Source: Dicyema japonicum | Taxonomy: Eukaryota > Animalia > Dicyemida | DNA length: 64,000 bases | Direction of reading: 5' to 3' | Assembly: GCA_011109175.1 (NCBI GenBank) | Contig: RDEW01000001.1 | Location: 1,801,453 to 1,865,452 of the forward strand | Part shown: piece by piece, positions 36,736-50,094 of the stretch | Numbering within the stretch: the first letter of the stretch is position 1 | Layout of the letters: each line of letters starts with the position of its first letter | Notes under the pieces: model-generated | The model's database searches: none | What the model was told of the DNA's origin: nothing | The model's input: the letters and a program-made list of their open reading frames with translations, nothing else | Translations under genes and position numbers: made by a program

Positions 36736-39230
36736 TAAGAATTCCTGCTGATGATGGCCAACACCTTTAATTAGATAACCTTTTATCCTAATAGTCTTTC
36801 CTAAGAACCTGGGACGTCTGGCCACACTCAGAAGCCTCATCATCCGGGGAACCCAGTGACTCCTCAAGTTGATCTCGATTGCGTGACCCCAGTTCCCACA
36901 ATTAGCAGGACCATCTGTGGTTCTCAATTGTACCCACCGCTGCCCAGAAGGGTCCCCTCTCGTGGTTCCCCGAGAAATCAATTGGGAGAGAAGAACTGTG
37001 CCGAGAAATGAACAAATTTTCCTATTTTAATTTAATGAATAAAAAATTATCATCAAATAGGTTCTTCTATAATCACTTTAATCAGCTGATTTCAAATATT
37101 CTAATATCGCTGTTAGCATGTCCTTAACCTTGAATGTCGTTCGATTAACTCTCTAAATTTTTCAATAGACTAATTAACAGGTTTAAAGTATTATTCACTA
37201 TGCTAATTAATATGCAAATCAACCAAATCAGCTTAATTCAATTATTCGTCATCCTGCAACTTGATGATCTTGAATGTTCACCTAATTTGGGCTTGGAAGA
37301 GATTCGAACCCCGACACTTCTTTTGTTCAGAACTTTTGGCTTCTGCTACCTCCCTACTCCTTCATTTGTTCATGCTTGTGAGGAGAAGGAAGACATTTGC
37401 TCTTATTCATAATGAAGTTATGTAGACATGTCATGGTACGTCAACCCCTCAACATGACAAATCAACCCATTGGTTAACCTAAAACTATTACTCATCAAAA
37501 CTGAGTAATCATTATTACACTACCAGCAGTAAAGAATACTGAAACTCGTAGTTATTGAAAGAAAGTCAGCGATATATGATATTTTTGAAGAGATTCATTG
37601 GGAAATGCTGAGAGCGTTACCTCCACGTCATATGAACCTCCAAAACCTCTCAAGGATATTTATTGCCCAAGGATCACTGGGTTTAAATAGACAAAGAGAA
37701 TGTCCTCAGCAATTAAGTTATCCAAGACCTAAGAAGGGGAAACCGATACAAGTGAAGACCACCACCTTGTACTCTCTTCTCATTGGGTTAGAGTCAGCTC
37801 ATATTTTTGGCAGTTATCAAAGTATCTAAGGAGGAATCATAGAGAGCTATTCGGAAGTTGGCCCCCTTAGGAATTTTTGTAGTCATTAGAGTTTTTGTAG
37901 TCAGTAGTCAAGAGCTCTTGGTTGGATATCTAGCAGGGATCACTAGAGAATTTAAAATTTTACAACCCAGCATGTGCTTGCTCTGTGATTTTTGAGGTAC
38001 CCATCTTTTTTAAAATGTTTTTTACTTCACAAATTTTTTGATCATTCAAAAGTGAAAGATGGATGAATCCCGAGTTTTCAAATATTGCAGATTTAGTTAA
38101 GCGGAAGGTATCTCAGCACAAAAGAACGGGTTTCCGCGGTGGCTCGCCAACGTTTCAATGTCTTCATTCACTCAAGTTAGATATAACCTCTTGTCCCCAT
38201 ATTAATGGAGTCGGTACTCATTGTAAACCCGAAGTTTTGAAATTCGATACTTTGACAATGAGTTCGAATCCTACCTGGACGAACATAGAGAAACTTGGAT
38301 AAGAACCTCCGTCTTGGGGAGGAGCAAGAGAATTATTAGTTATTTTGCCTTGAGAGCTTATCCATCTAATTGAGTTTCAAAATTTAACCTTGGAGTGATT
38401 TGCTATTATTGGGTCATTTTTATTTATTCAATAACCCTGGTTTTCCCGGAAAGAGACTAAGAGTTAATTAAGGTATATCCAGTGGAGTAGGGAAGAGATA
38501 GATTCTTCTTGGATGCTGGCAAGATGTTGGGCGTTTCCTGAGACAGATGGCGCCTCTAGGATTTGATGAAGGACAGAGAAGATCGGAATTCTTTTGTGTT
38601 TGACGAGTGACACAGAATATCTTAATACGGAACTGGATCGTCTACATGTTATTCTGCGAACCCTCTAGGCAGCAGACTTCCCAGTTCAACTGGAGCCAGT
38701 TAGACTGGATCGTGGAGATGGCAAAAGAAATTGCCTGCCAAGAGAATAAAGTGCTTGTTAGGCAGCTTGACATGATTATTTGGTGATTCTAAAATAGCCA
38801 TAACGTAAAAGTGTTATACATTAGTGAGCAGCTATCGTGATTAATTGATGATTGTAGGGAAATGCGGTCAGTCGTGATTTAAAAATAATTGAGATTTTCT
38901 AAATATTAGACTTATTCAGATTTCAGTGTTTGGGGAACCTGAACTGTGATTTAAAGATTCTTATTAATGATGCTTATGTTGGAGGAATCAGTTATTAAAA
39001 ACGGAACTCTTGCCGGATGGTTTTTATCTCTCCGAACTCCGATGAAAATACGCCGGAACAGTCAGCAGAGAACTCGGATGTCGCCGGAGCTAACTGAAAA
39101 TAGACCTCCCAGCTGCCCAAAAAAGCAAGAGAACAAAGGCCAATTAACTTAAAATTTTGATGATCAATAAATACTTTACGAAAAGGTTATCTAATTAAAG
39201 GGTATTGGCCATCATCAGCAGGAATTCTTA
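36736..39230. repeat. Pair of ~50-bp inverted repeats (36736-36785 and 39181-39230), possible TIRs
   Basis: taagaattcctgctgatgatggccaacacctttaattagataacctttt and its near-perfect reverse complement. Confidence 0.6.
38500..38780 (+). mobile_element. CRE-like retrotransposon fragment
   Basis: LRTL*AADFPVQLEPVRLDRGDGKR resembles the CRE EP..L.R.DGKRPDG motif. Confidence 0.6.
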
Positions 39231-39599
39231 TTCTGCGTCTTTCGATATTGTCTCACAAAGTGCGGAAGGTTGAGTTGGCGATGTACCACACAGAAAATAT
39301 CTTTGAGTGAAATCAACCTAAAATAAAAAGAACGTGGGGATCCACGAAAAAAGCAGGACGTATAGAGATAAATTTATTAAAAACAGAGAAATCAACAAAA
39401 AATGATCCCCGGACATAATTGACGTTGCGTTGTCTCTCACGAGTGCAACAAGGATCAACTGGAGAAGCCACTTGGTAGAGACGTTTGAATGTTGTTTTTA
39501 GTTGTTCTTTTGTTCTGACATTGTTACTGATGTAAGAGGGTATCCAAGTATTTCCAGTTGTTCTGCTTTGTTTGGTTCCTGTGGCTTTCAGAATGATCT

Positions 39600-40020
39600 C
39601 CCTGAACATTGCAAAGATCGAGTCCCATTCAAGCTGCGAAAATTAAAAATTGATAACTTCACATTTCAAGGTGTTCAGAGTTATTCAGAGGGATTCCAGT
39701 TGAACAATCAAACTTTTCAAACAATCCAGCACATTCTTCAAATGACCGCCCATTGTGCAATCATCCAAATACCACACTTTCATTGGAGTAGAACTACATC
39801 CATTGATACAGTCAATTCCCAGGCTGAACAAGGCGGGGTCCAGTGGGCCTCCTTGTTGGACTCCAAGGACGGGGGAATGAAATGTTGGCCGTGGACTTAC
39901 TGCAAGATTTCCATAGGAGCTAAGAACATAATTGTACACCGAGGGGTATAATGCAAAAAATCCTCAAAAAAGCATCACGCCGTATCACGCCGTATCGTAT
40001 TGAAGGCGGAATCACCTGAC
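39600..40020 (-). mobile_element. CRE-like RT fragment
   Basis: AFNTIRRD, GVQQGGPLDPALFSLGI and WYLDD motifs. Confidence 0.85.
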
Positions 40021-40133
40021 GGCTATGTAGTTATTTAATTTGTCGGTGATTTTTGGTTTTTAATAATAATATAACAAATTAATTAGTTTTTGAGTAAGAT
40101 AAAATTATTAAATCTTTTGTATAATTAATAATT

Positions 40134-40370
40134 CACGTGGCGCCATGTGGTGCTACGTGGATAGTTTGTCAAAATTATTCTCCTTTTTCCGATGGCGTCA
40201 CTGGATCCACCTTACTGAGGAGGAGCCCAATGCCTGGCCGGCATCAAGAGGATCCAACAATTCTTTCCCGGGGACAACGTCGTTACCTGGTGACAAGTTC
40301 TGGAATTCTGGAACGAGTCAGGATCGAGGAGTTAGTTAGTTTGGTTATTCTTGGTCCTTGGAAATAATTT
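40134..40370 (+). mobile_element. Short non-autonomous LINE derivative (5' plus 3' ends), copy 1
   Basis: High identity to 53289-53525. Starts acgtggcgccatgtggt like the full LINE 5' end near 53151 and ends like the Vingi-like 3' termini. Confidence 0.65.
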
Positions 40371-41559
40371 TAATTTTTTTAATTGACAACTAAAAAAACA
40401 TAATTTCTCTCATAGATGGACGTGACCTCTCGCTTACTTCATTTTGTGAATAAAAAAATGATTGACTCAGGAGGCGTTGGATACCCAAAGTTTCGAAACG
40501 AGTTGCTCTGAGTTTGAATCTTGTATAGCAAAGAAGTCTACATTGAAGAGAAAAAGGAAATTATTAATTCAAAAGCGTTCTTAATACGCTGGATTTTATT
40601 CCCACACGTTACCTAGTTGGTCGAAAGATTCTTTAGCTCTTCACCTTCCTCAATTCCTAAGAGGCTTTATTGCATCCACGTAACTCATGAATCGCCCAGT
40701 GGTTTGCCAGCATCCTAAAAGGATCCTACTCCAGTAGAGAAGTTCTCACAATTGCGAATATACACGTGATGTTTACCTTGAGGCTCTGTCTCTCTTTTTT
40801 TCTTATGTCAAAAAACTGTCCGAAAACTCGCAATCCCATCCTTAATCCCCTCCAGTTTTGGTTTTATTAGCGAATCTTCTCGAAATCTCAGAACTTCCTC
40901 CATCCTCATCCAAAAAGTGATCATTACCCTTCTTATTTTCTTGTGGAAGGGATAATGGTTAGATATAAATAGAATTTTTAAATAATTGAAGGGTCAACAT
41001 AAACAGATTTTCCAAATTCATGTCTTTTGGTCGATTCTTTCGCTTCATTCTTTAATCATCATGTAATCTTCCACTCTCAACAGACAGTGGCAGGAAGGCG
41101 AAGATCACTCCCCCACCTCATTTCACTGGATCGTGTTTGAAGGTGTTCTTAAATGTTAGTATAAAAATTGTTTTCAAAATCTGCTAATCTTGTTCTAAAA
41201 TTCAGTCAGGCTTTCTTAACTGCTCTTCTTCGGAAGAGGATTTTTAAGCAGTCAATAAGCTCTGTTTAAGCTCACATCCAAAGGGATTTGCAAACAGAAT
41301 TAGTTATTCACTTTTTAATTGTTGCCTAGTAAGGAAGAGAGGTTTGTTACAGTTGTAGCAGTTTTCTCTGTGAGCAGGTGATCCAAGTGAAAACTTTTTT
41401 GACAGCTACAACACGGGTTACCTTTTCTCCTGTCCGCATTAAATTTCCCAGTTGCATCTGATCCTTTTAAATCGAGTCCCACTCTGTCATTGTGTATTTC
41501 CCCAATCAAATAGACTTGTTGGATATACGAGGAACTCCCCCTATGCGAGGAACTCCCTC

Positions 41560-42060
41560 TCAAAGGTCCAGATAGAATATGAATAAATCATCTAAAGAAT
41601 CTTGGACCAAATGGACTCCAGGTCCTTACGGACATCTACCAAGTGTCCCTGAATTTAAGATTTGTGCCTATAATCTGAAAAGCAGTCGACAATAATCCCG
41701 ACTTGAAAATCCAACAAGGACCAGTGTAACCTAGGATCCTTGTGACTAATTTCCATCCTCTGGGCTACATCAAAGATCCTCGAGATATGCATTCTCAATT
41801 TATATAACCACACCTAACTTTGTCCAATTCTCAGCACGGCATCCTGGGCAAGCATTTAGCCTCAACCCACCTAATCAAGTTAACTGACATTGCGGATAAA
41901 TTCAACAATCAAAAAACCACCACTCAGCTTATCCTGGCTTCTATCGACATTTTTTAATGCGTTTGACAGGATCTCCCGACACGTTGTTTGCAACAAGAAA
42001 CTCATCGAGTATTCCTCAATTCATACGAGATGACTGAAAACGTTGTGGACTCCACTCGAA
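41560..42060 (+). mobile_element. Degenerate Vingi-like RT fragment
   Basis: Remnants of the SQHG..STHL..L..I..FN.KKP..IDI..AFD motif series. Confidence 0.55.
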
Positions 42061-43200
42061 TGGTAGCGTGCACGAGATTTTATCGTCACCAGAGTGCATC
42101 CCCGTCTTCCAGACAGAAAGTTAGCAATTTCTAAATGATTGGAATAATGGAGTATTCTTGTAGCTAAAGCACGACGGGAAATACTGCAAAAGTTTAGCTA
42201 ATGTCAAGAGAGGCTTGGCCTATGCAGAGATAAGGTATGATAGCTAAATACTTTCATAATGAAGTGGTTAACTCGGTCAGGTGGCCTTAACCGGAAGTCG
42301 TGTTTTGATTTGGCAAGATTTAGGAAAGTATTTATTTAATCAAGTGCACTGCTTTCGGAGCAAAAGCACAAACCCTGAGTTTAAGGACTCCTGGAAGATG
42401 GCCGTTAAGGCCTGCAACCTATATGACACAAGCTTTTTAAGATGAGTCGGGTCTTGCCTTGTTCATCTTTATTGGCCTATACTTGAATAATATGACATTA
42501 CATCGTCTGCTTGTTCTTTTAATGATTTTTTTCGTTGGTGTTTGTTGATTCCAGATGAATGGGAGCTTGTGAGAGGGTTTGATCTGTCAAAATACACTTT
42601 AGGGTGTTCAAGAATTCAGATGGTTTGGCCTGATGATGCAAACTGGAAGCGAACTCTTTCCACATCGACTTTTTGTCTTAGAGGTTATGGTTAGAGATTG
42701 ACTGGTTTAGGCAGTATAGTGTGAGCTGGTGCCAAAGTTCACCAAGCACTGATTGGTTTCATGTTGGAATTTGAAGTCTTTTTAGAAACTCGACTTTGGT
42801 GGGGTCTTTTGATTTTCCGCAGTATCGGGTTGTGCGAAAGGAAGGTCCCCTAGCATTGAAGTCGCCTCAAACAATTAAGTTCTTTAAGGAGAGAGCCAAT
42901 AGAGGTCAGACTGGCATCCTTTGGAGCAACTTGGCAGTGATGAATATACAAGTTGACGATAGTGTACACCGTATTTTCGAGCTCCTCTCGTTTACGTGAG
43001 ATCCCCTTGATATTTAGTAGCAGAAATGTTAAGTATTTCAATGGGACCGGGCTAGGTTCAATATCTCTTAAGTATTCCAATGCCGAGAGACTCATTGATG
43101 GGCTGGGCCCCTCTTATAGGCAGCCAAAAGGATCCCAGAGGAGGGGTAATCCCAAAATCGATAACCTCCTAAAACCGCCAGCCGACACGCATGTGCCTCT
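42060..43200 (-). mobile_element. Degenerate LINE (APE to RT), minus strand
   Basis: FLLLNIKGISRKREEL endonuclease start and decayed RT remnants. Confidence 0.55.
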
Positions 43201-43539
43201 TGGACTTTTTATATATTCAAGAAAATAAAGGTGGCTAGACTCTTTCAAGGACATGCTGATTCGCATAACCGATCATCCAGAAGAACTCTGTCCTTCTCAC
43301 CTCAATGCCTTTGTGATAAAAAACGGAACCTATCTTCTCCGATATTGGAACAAACGAGCAAATCATTTCCATCGGTCGATTTCTTCAACAGCAAAAAACC
43401 TAGAGTCCTGTAAGAGGTTCTCCGCAAATTATTATAAAAAAGAACGCCGTAGATACAGGAAAGCGAGGGAAACACCTAAAAACACCCAATATTCCTTGTA
43501 TCTGTGATATGGAATACAGAGATGACATAATTAGTCCAA

Positions 43540-43780
43540 AATATCACATAAATTACAAACTTCTTGTATTTTGAGATTCTTTACGACATCCTGCACCCTG
43601 TAAAGGTCCTCCCAGTCCCTAAAGCATCTCCCAATTTCTTTAAAGTCTACATCAAAGACAGTCGGTAGGGTTGTCATTGATTGACCACGGAAACGTGAAG
43701 CGTCCGGAACGAAGTAATGCTCCATAGTTACGTTCGCGAATCCCCAGGTCCAGAAGAAGTATATGTCCAAACGAAGTCAC
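43540..43780 (-). mobile_element. RTE-like 3' fragment
   Basis: ANVTMEHYF..FRGQSMTTLPT aligns with ANKAMEDYF..FRGRPRSTLPT of ORF 18591-19130. Confidence 0.7.
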
Positions 43781-43799
43781 CAAGAGTATTAAAAGGTGT

Positions 43800-44300
43800 T
43801 AATCTGAAAGAAATCGGTATTGAAAATTATGCTTCATGCAAAGCCTGAATGACAAAAAAAATTTTCGAAAATTGGTTATCTCGATTCAACGAGGAAATGA
43901 GGGAGAAAAGAAGAAAATAGCATTATTTAATAGACAATGCACTTTGTCATGCTGTTTCTGCCCAATTTTCAAACGTCGACGTATATTTTTTTCCAAAAAT
44001 CAAACTTTTTTAATTCAGCCATGTGACCAATGGATAATACAGGCATTTAAGAATCATTTCAATAATTGGATGATGAAAACGATTATTTATGATAAAAATT
44101 CTGTAGCTCAAATAGATGAAGCGATAAAGGGAATCACAATATTGGATGCTATTTCATGTTCAAATTGGCATGGGGAGAGATTACAGAAACTTCAATACGA
44201 CATAGCTTTGAAAAGGCTTTGGAATATGACTGTCGGGAAAAAGAGGACACCGGAGAAAGTCTGATTGATTCGGATATTGTGGAATATGCGAATTTGGAGA
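43800..44300 (+). mobile_element. pogo/Tigger transposase fragment (in duplicated block, copy 1)
   Basis: MTKKIFENWLSRFNEEM and DNAxCH..FFPK..IQPCDQ.IIQAFK pogo DDD motifs, frameshifted. Confidence 0.75.
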
Positions 44301-45569
44301 GATTCTGAGATGTTGCACTGTACTATAGCTATTAGGGAGCAATAAATTATTTACAGGGGAGATGCGAAAAAATGTTGAGAAGCACTGTCTTAGATCTTAA
44401 ATAACAAAGCCGTTTTGTATCTGAATTCTTAAGCATTCAAACCAGAACGGACTAATTTAAAGGCCGTTTAATGGAATCGAAGGTTTGAAATAAAGGAAGA
44501 CCCGATGGATGAACGTCTGGTTTCAAAGCCCGTCTGCCACAAACGGGTGAATTGGATAAGAACCGTCTGTCTTGTGATTAAAATAATATTAATTGTCAAT
44601 TTTAACTTTGAACACAACTCATACTTGTCAGCAATTACAAATTAATAATAAATTAAACTTATAACTCACAAAAAATAATTAACTTATAATTAATAATTTT
44701 TATTTTTATAGTTTAAATAGGACTTGAGATCCTACATAAGATATTTCAAATCTAACGGGCTTCGAGTTAGTACGTATCATTCTATCGAGATAAATATGAA
44801 AAAGGCTATTCACTTTATCTAAATGTCTAACTACAACTCTGCTTTGAATCGCAAAAAACCGACGAATTTCCGTAAAATGTCTTCTGCCTAATCTACGACT
44901 TATTTACTGCGAATACTGCTATTTACCTTCCAGGAAGGCCATCTACTTGGTTCAAGGAAGGAAAATAACTAGTAATTTTATTTTGTGTTAAAAAACAAAC
45001 AATCTGTGTGAGACTTACTCTTATTGGCTTAAAAAGTGAGCACAAATTAGTAATTATCACGATTTTTTGGTTATAATTCAAAATTTTAATTTTTTTAATT
45101 TTAGGTCAAATTGATCTACAAAAAATATTAATGTAAAAAGGCAAAAAAATAAAAATGTAGATATTCTGTAGGAATAACCGGGAGGACTTGTGAGAGGTTG
45201 CGCACGACCTTGGAAAGTGGAACCACTTATTTCGATTGTTTCTAACGCCGCATGTATAAAACTATAGCTATTATGGTTTACAAGCGTCTTTTTTACACAA
45301 TTTTTATATTTCTTTTTTACCATATTTCATTACGTCACTAACTCAACCATTCCGACCAATTAATCACTAGGATAACAGGTCACTACAGTCTAACACGCGC
45401 TTCTTGTTTTCTAACCATATTGTGTGATACCTTCGGTCACGTTTAAAAAATGGAAACAAACTGATCGCTTGTCATTTGAAGCCATTCCACACAGAAAAAA
45501 GTCTCACTAGTTAAGTTTTAACACTGTATTTGCCAAAAACTAGTATTTTACGTTAACAAACAATTTTCA

Positions 45570-46176
45570 TTATAAAATGTGACATGTTTTCTTTTTTGTG
45601 AACTTATTAACTATGACTTCTGTAAATGCAAAATTCATCATTTCCAGGACATTGACGTTCATCGTCGCGGAAGTATCGTAATAATGCATTTTCAATCGTT
45701 CTGCCAGTTTCTCACCAGAATCCACAGAAATAGAGTCTAAATGTGGTTTAGTATACCTCTGGTCATTTTGAGTCCCCACCAGCAGTAAAACAGTATTGGG
45801 ACCAATTTGACTCTCGATTTCTTTGTACCACTTAAATTATAAGAAATGATACTTTATTCTCCACATTATCGAATGAATGTTTTTCCATCACAGAAAATGC
45901 TATAATAAAAATGTCCGTATTTGTGTAAGCACTAGAGTAGTCCTCCTGTTCCTCCGTGTCGAATATAGAGAGGTTTATTTCCTGTCTATATTCTCCAAAT
46001 ACAACGGGCACTGTCGCATTGTAAAAATTCAAAGTCTACATAAATTAAATCAGAATTACTGTTGGAGTGTAACCTGCAGGAAATTCATTATTCATGTAAT
46101 TTTTCATTAAACAAGTCTTTCCAACTCCATCATCTCCCACAATGACACATTTTACATTTATTTTCTCATCATCCAT
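45570..46176 (-). CDS. Atypical Rho-like small GTPase, copy 1, 186 aa, C-terminal CAAX (CHIL)
   Basis: [39 protein letters not shown] and DTSA. Introns 46036-46059 and 45831-45852. Confidence 0.88.
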
Positions 46177-46336
46177 TTTAAGGTTAAACTAGTTCTGTAT
46201 AAAACTAGGCTACTTACGTGTTAATTTAAAAACTTAAATATATTATTTTTGAAATTTGGTTGCCCATGATCAAATTAATTTAAATAATTACATTTTAAAT
46301 AATTATTATTTTAATAAAACTCACATTGAATCTATC

Positions 46337-47270
46337 ACGTTGAAATATTTTTTTGGTTGAGGTGGTGACGTCCCTCTTGAAAAGTATGCCTGAAAAACAC
46401 GAAAATTGCAACCTAAATGACTTCTCTCTTTTAACGTTCAATGTCAATGGACTCTCTAGTGCATGGAAAAGAAAAGAACTTTTTACAGAGCTTTCAAAAT
46501 TTAAGATATTAATCAGATGTCTCCAAGAGACAACAATATCGTAGTAGTTTGAAGAACAACACGGAAAGTTTCAGTTAATCTTTCACTTTGGGGGATCAAA
46601 AAATTACGGACTTGGATTTGCTATAAGAAAGGACCTACTCCAGCGCATATACCGTTACTGGACTATCAATGAAAGGATTGGGATTTTACAAATAACATTG
46701 GACGATCATAACTCTTCCAAGAGTTATCTTACTATTATTAACGCATATGCTCTACATAGTGGATGGATCAATAAGAAACTCAAGGAGATGCGAATCTGTC
46801 TGATGTTTATTCCAATTATGAAAGTTCCACATTAATATTGATTGCCGTTGATCTCAATGCAAAAGTTGGAAATCGAATCACTATAGAAGAATCATTCATT
46901 GGAAGACATGGAAGGGGAAAAGGAACATTGCTGGAACCTTGTTAGCCAGCTTTTGTCAAGCAAATAATTCATTTCTCTGTAACGGCCTTTATGAACTCGG
47001 CAAGAGACAGGACAACTTGGTCAGGCAATAGAACTAAGTCTGAGGGAAGCATTGCGAAAATCTACAATCAAATAGACTACATTATTTGCAGACAAAAAGA
47101 CCGCAGTATTGTCTCTGATGCCCGTGCTTATGGAGGGTCTATAATTGACAGCCATCACAAGATGGTTATTGCCAAAATGTCCTTAAGAAACTTATGGGTT
47201 TGCAAGGGAAGAAAGGAAAGTTCAATGGACACACGGAACTGCGGGGAAGGGATACGTATAGACTTAAGGA
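46337..47270 (+). mobile_element. RTE-like retrotransposon 5' part (APE domain)
   Basis: LLTFNVNGL, LQET, DLNAKVG and NQIDYIICR..DSHHKMVIA endonuclease motifs. Confidence 0.85.
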
Positions 47271-47299
47271 TGACTGATAGCTGCACATCCCCGACTTAA

Positions 47300-49060
47300 C
47301 ACTATGTTCACCTTCTCTGGCTGGACTCATTTCCTTGAACGTCTTTTACGGCTTCTTCAGTGACCACAATCAAATCCTTCTAAAACTGAGAGGTCTTCGA
47401 CTATACAGGAGACGGCCGGCGGAATCAAAAAGATTCAAGGATTATACGAAGGTTGACTGGTCTGGTTTCAGTAACCTTGTGGATAAATTCTTGGCCCGGA
47501 GATTATCCTCCCCAATACGCTCAGTAACCTTGTGGATAAATTCTTGAACCGAGCTCTATTGATGAGGCCGCAGAAATTATCAGCGCTGCCATTCAGAAAG
47601 CTGACCATATTTTTATTCCTATATAGTCATACAAGAAGCTCTTATACAATAAGTCTTATAAAACAAAGAAACCGGCTGAAGAGATGCCATCTGTTGGACA
47701 TGAAGTCTTTTACAGCCCTCAGACAACAGAATAAAAGTATCTGTCAGAGCAGAGATGGCAGCATATTTCCGTTACCAGCACACTGTCAAAAATTATGGAG
47801 AAACTTGTATTATCAGTCATTATTCCGTATCTTACGCGTCCTATATTTCAACATGGTTTCCTCCGCGGTAGGTCCACCGCTACATACTTGGCAACCCTAT
47901 CGCAGTTCATTGCCGACGGTTTTAACACTAATCCCCCGCCTCACAAACGCACAATATTGGTTTCTATTGACATCAACAAAGCCTTTGACACTGTTTCGAG
48001 GAAAATCCTGGTTGGAAAAATATTTTCTACTAACATTCGTCCGAATGTGAAATTATGGCTGGCCAACTTTTTGTCTGGAAGACGTGGTAGAGTAGTCAGT
48101 GGTGATCTCAGATCTAGATCACGATTACTACCGAACGGGGTACCCCAGGGGTCTCCACTTTCACCAATTCTATTCAACCTTTTCCTACACGACCTACCTA
48201 ATGATGGAGACGAAGATTCCCTGTTATTATCCTACGCAGACGACGTAGTCATTGCAATACGGAACCGCTCGACGCAAGTCGCATCCCTTAAAACTCAGAC
48301 AAAATTGAACATTCTCCACGATTGGATTGCTGGCAATCGACTTAACGATTTCTGCAACCAAGTCTATCTGTTCCACATTCACGTCGGACCGTCGTTCCAA
48401 GGATGAACCGAGTCTTTTCATTGGTCCCACTAGGATTCCAGTGACAAAGTCCCCCATTGTCCTTGGAGTCAAGTACGACAGCCTTCTCAAATTCAACTCC
48501 CACGCAACAGACATGATCACCAGGGGCCTCCAGAAAATTAACGTTTTACGCGGCCTTGTCCGGAGGACTTCGAGGAACATGGACTATTCTGTTTCTACCC
48601 TCTGCCAACAAACAATCGCGCCTGCCGTTGAGTATGCCTCCGTTGCATGGAGATTCGGGCTATCGGAGTCTATGGTCCAAAGAATCAACTCGATATACCG
48701 GAAAACAATCAGTATGCTTTGCCCACGTAATGGATCAACAGTCGACCCACTACTCATGGAAGCTAAGATCCGTAGTCGTGGCTCCGGATTTCTTCGCGTC
48801 TGTGAGGAAGATGGAAATCCGCTTCGCCTGATCCTTCCCATGGCAAGAGAAAACCGATTGGATAAGAAATTCCCCTCCCCGATCGGATTCCTCTGCAAGA
48901 CCGAGAGAAGGCTCTTCCGGAAAGTAGTGGGGACGATGGAGATCACAGATGTCGAATGGCACAATTGATTGCGAGGACTGGGATCACCTAACTGTTTGAC
49001 TCTTTTGTCTTTCTTTCTCGGTGTTCCCGGGGTTATTAAAATAAAAATAGATAAATAAAC
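47300..49060 (+). mobile_element. Ingi/Vingi-like LINE, 5' truncated
   Basis: QHGFLRGRSTATYL, GFNTNPPPHKRTILVSIDINKAFD, GVPQGSPLSPILFN, YADD, terminal GIT-stop and an A-rich tail. Confidence 0.9.
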
Positions 49061-49339
49061 GTTCCAAAGATCCAAAAAGTTGATCCCGCGTGGATGTGAA
49101 TAAGAATGCTCCTAGGACACGACAAAGGTGATCTGTCCGTAATCTGAACATGAAGGACGACTTTACCTGCCCGGTCTTGTATATTATTTATTTAGATAAA
49201 TATCACCACTTTCCAGCATCAAAATAAATTGATTTAATTTTTTTCGCTATAAATTTTTTTAATTATGCATTTATTTAAAAAGAAATCAAGTAAAGACTTT
49301 TAGTTAAGAGGAAAAAATTATGAAAGCGTTCCTTCTAAT

Positions 49340-49900
49340 CACTGGTTTTTCGAGCCTCTGCCTTAGCCAGATTCCTTCGCGGGGAAAGCTTTTCTTCGAA
49401 GCAAACCTTCGTCCGATACTGGAGAGAAATGCATCAGTCTTCTCTCCCACGACTCTTGAAGTCTCCATGGCGATAGGAATGTAATAGTAGTTATCACAGA
49501 GTGATTTGACTTACGGATTTTCCTGACCTCCGCCTTGTCTGCCGCGTCTCCAGGTAAGTGTGTAGTCGTCAGTGATTTGGCCTTGACAGGGTGTTCACAA
49601 ATGTGGCTTCCAAGCAACTGATTTACCGTGGAGTATGGAATAATGCAAGCAGGTACTGGTTAGCTCCTGTCTTCCCACTTTCAAGCGTCCTTTTACTTGT
49701 AATAGAATCCAACTTTCCCTGAATAGCAATGTCAACAAAGAATTCCATGCTAGTCTCCCCCACAACATACATACTCTGTCGAACACTGCGCCCAAGCTAA
49801 GTGCCAAGCGACCACTGTTAGCAAGCGATGAGAGACAAGCAGGCAGATTCCATGGTGGACCTTAACCCAATGCCCTCGTTCTCACAGACAGCTTACACAC
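49340..49900 (-). mobile_element. CRE-like retrotransposon 3' part
   Basis: LGLRSTMESACLS..., GDAADKAEVRK and YIPIAMETSRVVG motifs. Confidence 0.75.
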
Positions 49901-50094
49901 CGTCCATCCCAGTTCATCGAAATTGAGGTTTGGTATTGACTTGTCTGTCTCAGGGTATTATCAGCTGATAGTAGTCGACTCCGGTACTCAAAACAAGGTG
50001 AACTTGTCAAGAAGTACATCATCTTTGACATAATGTAACTATTTCGTTTCCGTACACTAAGGCTGACTCCTTCCCATACAACAGGTTTAAATAA

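Larger units (their letters stand above)
43920..47270 (+). repeat. Segmental duplication, copy 1 (partner 56352-58567)
   Basis: Collinear near-identical blocks: pogo fragment, spacer, Rho-like gene and RTE 5' part. The offset is about 12 kb. Confidence 0.95.

Noticed and set aside
37560-37800. Ginger/Gypsy integrase zinc-finger remnant
   Set aside because: Only a faint IYDIFEEIH resemblance and no DDE core, too weak to list as a feature.
37290-38285. tRNA genes at the B-box-like motifs near 37300 and 38262
   Set aside because: No cloverleaf or acceptor stem can be formed.
45742-45761. Candidate 20-nt intron in the Rho-like gene
   Set aside because: Splicing it creates a frameshift and an early stop, whereas read-through keeps the G5 motif and CAAX.
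46337-46410. HDV-like ribozyme at the RTE 5' end
   Set aside because: P1, P1.1 and the L3 consensus could not be assembled.
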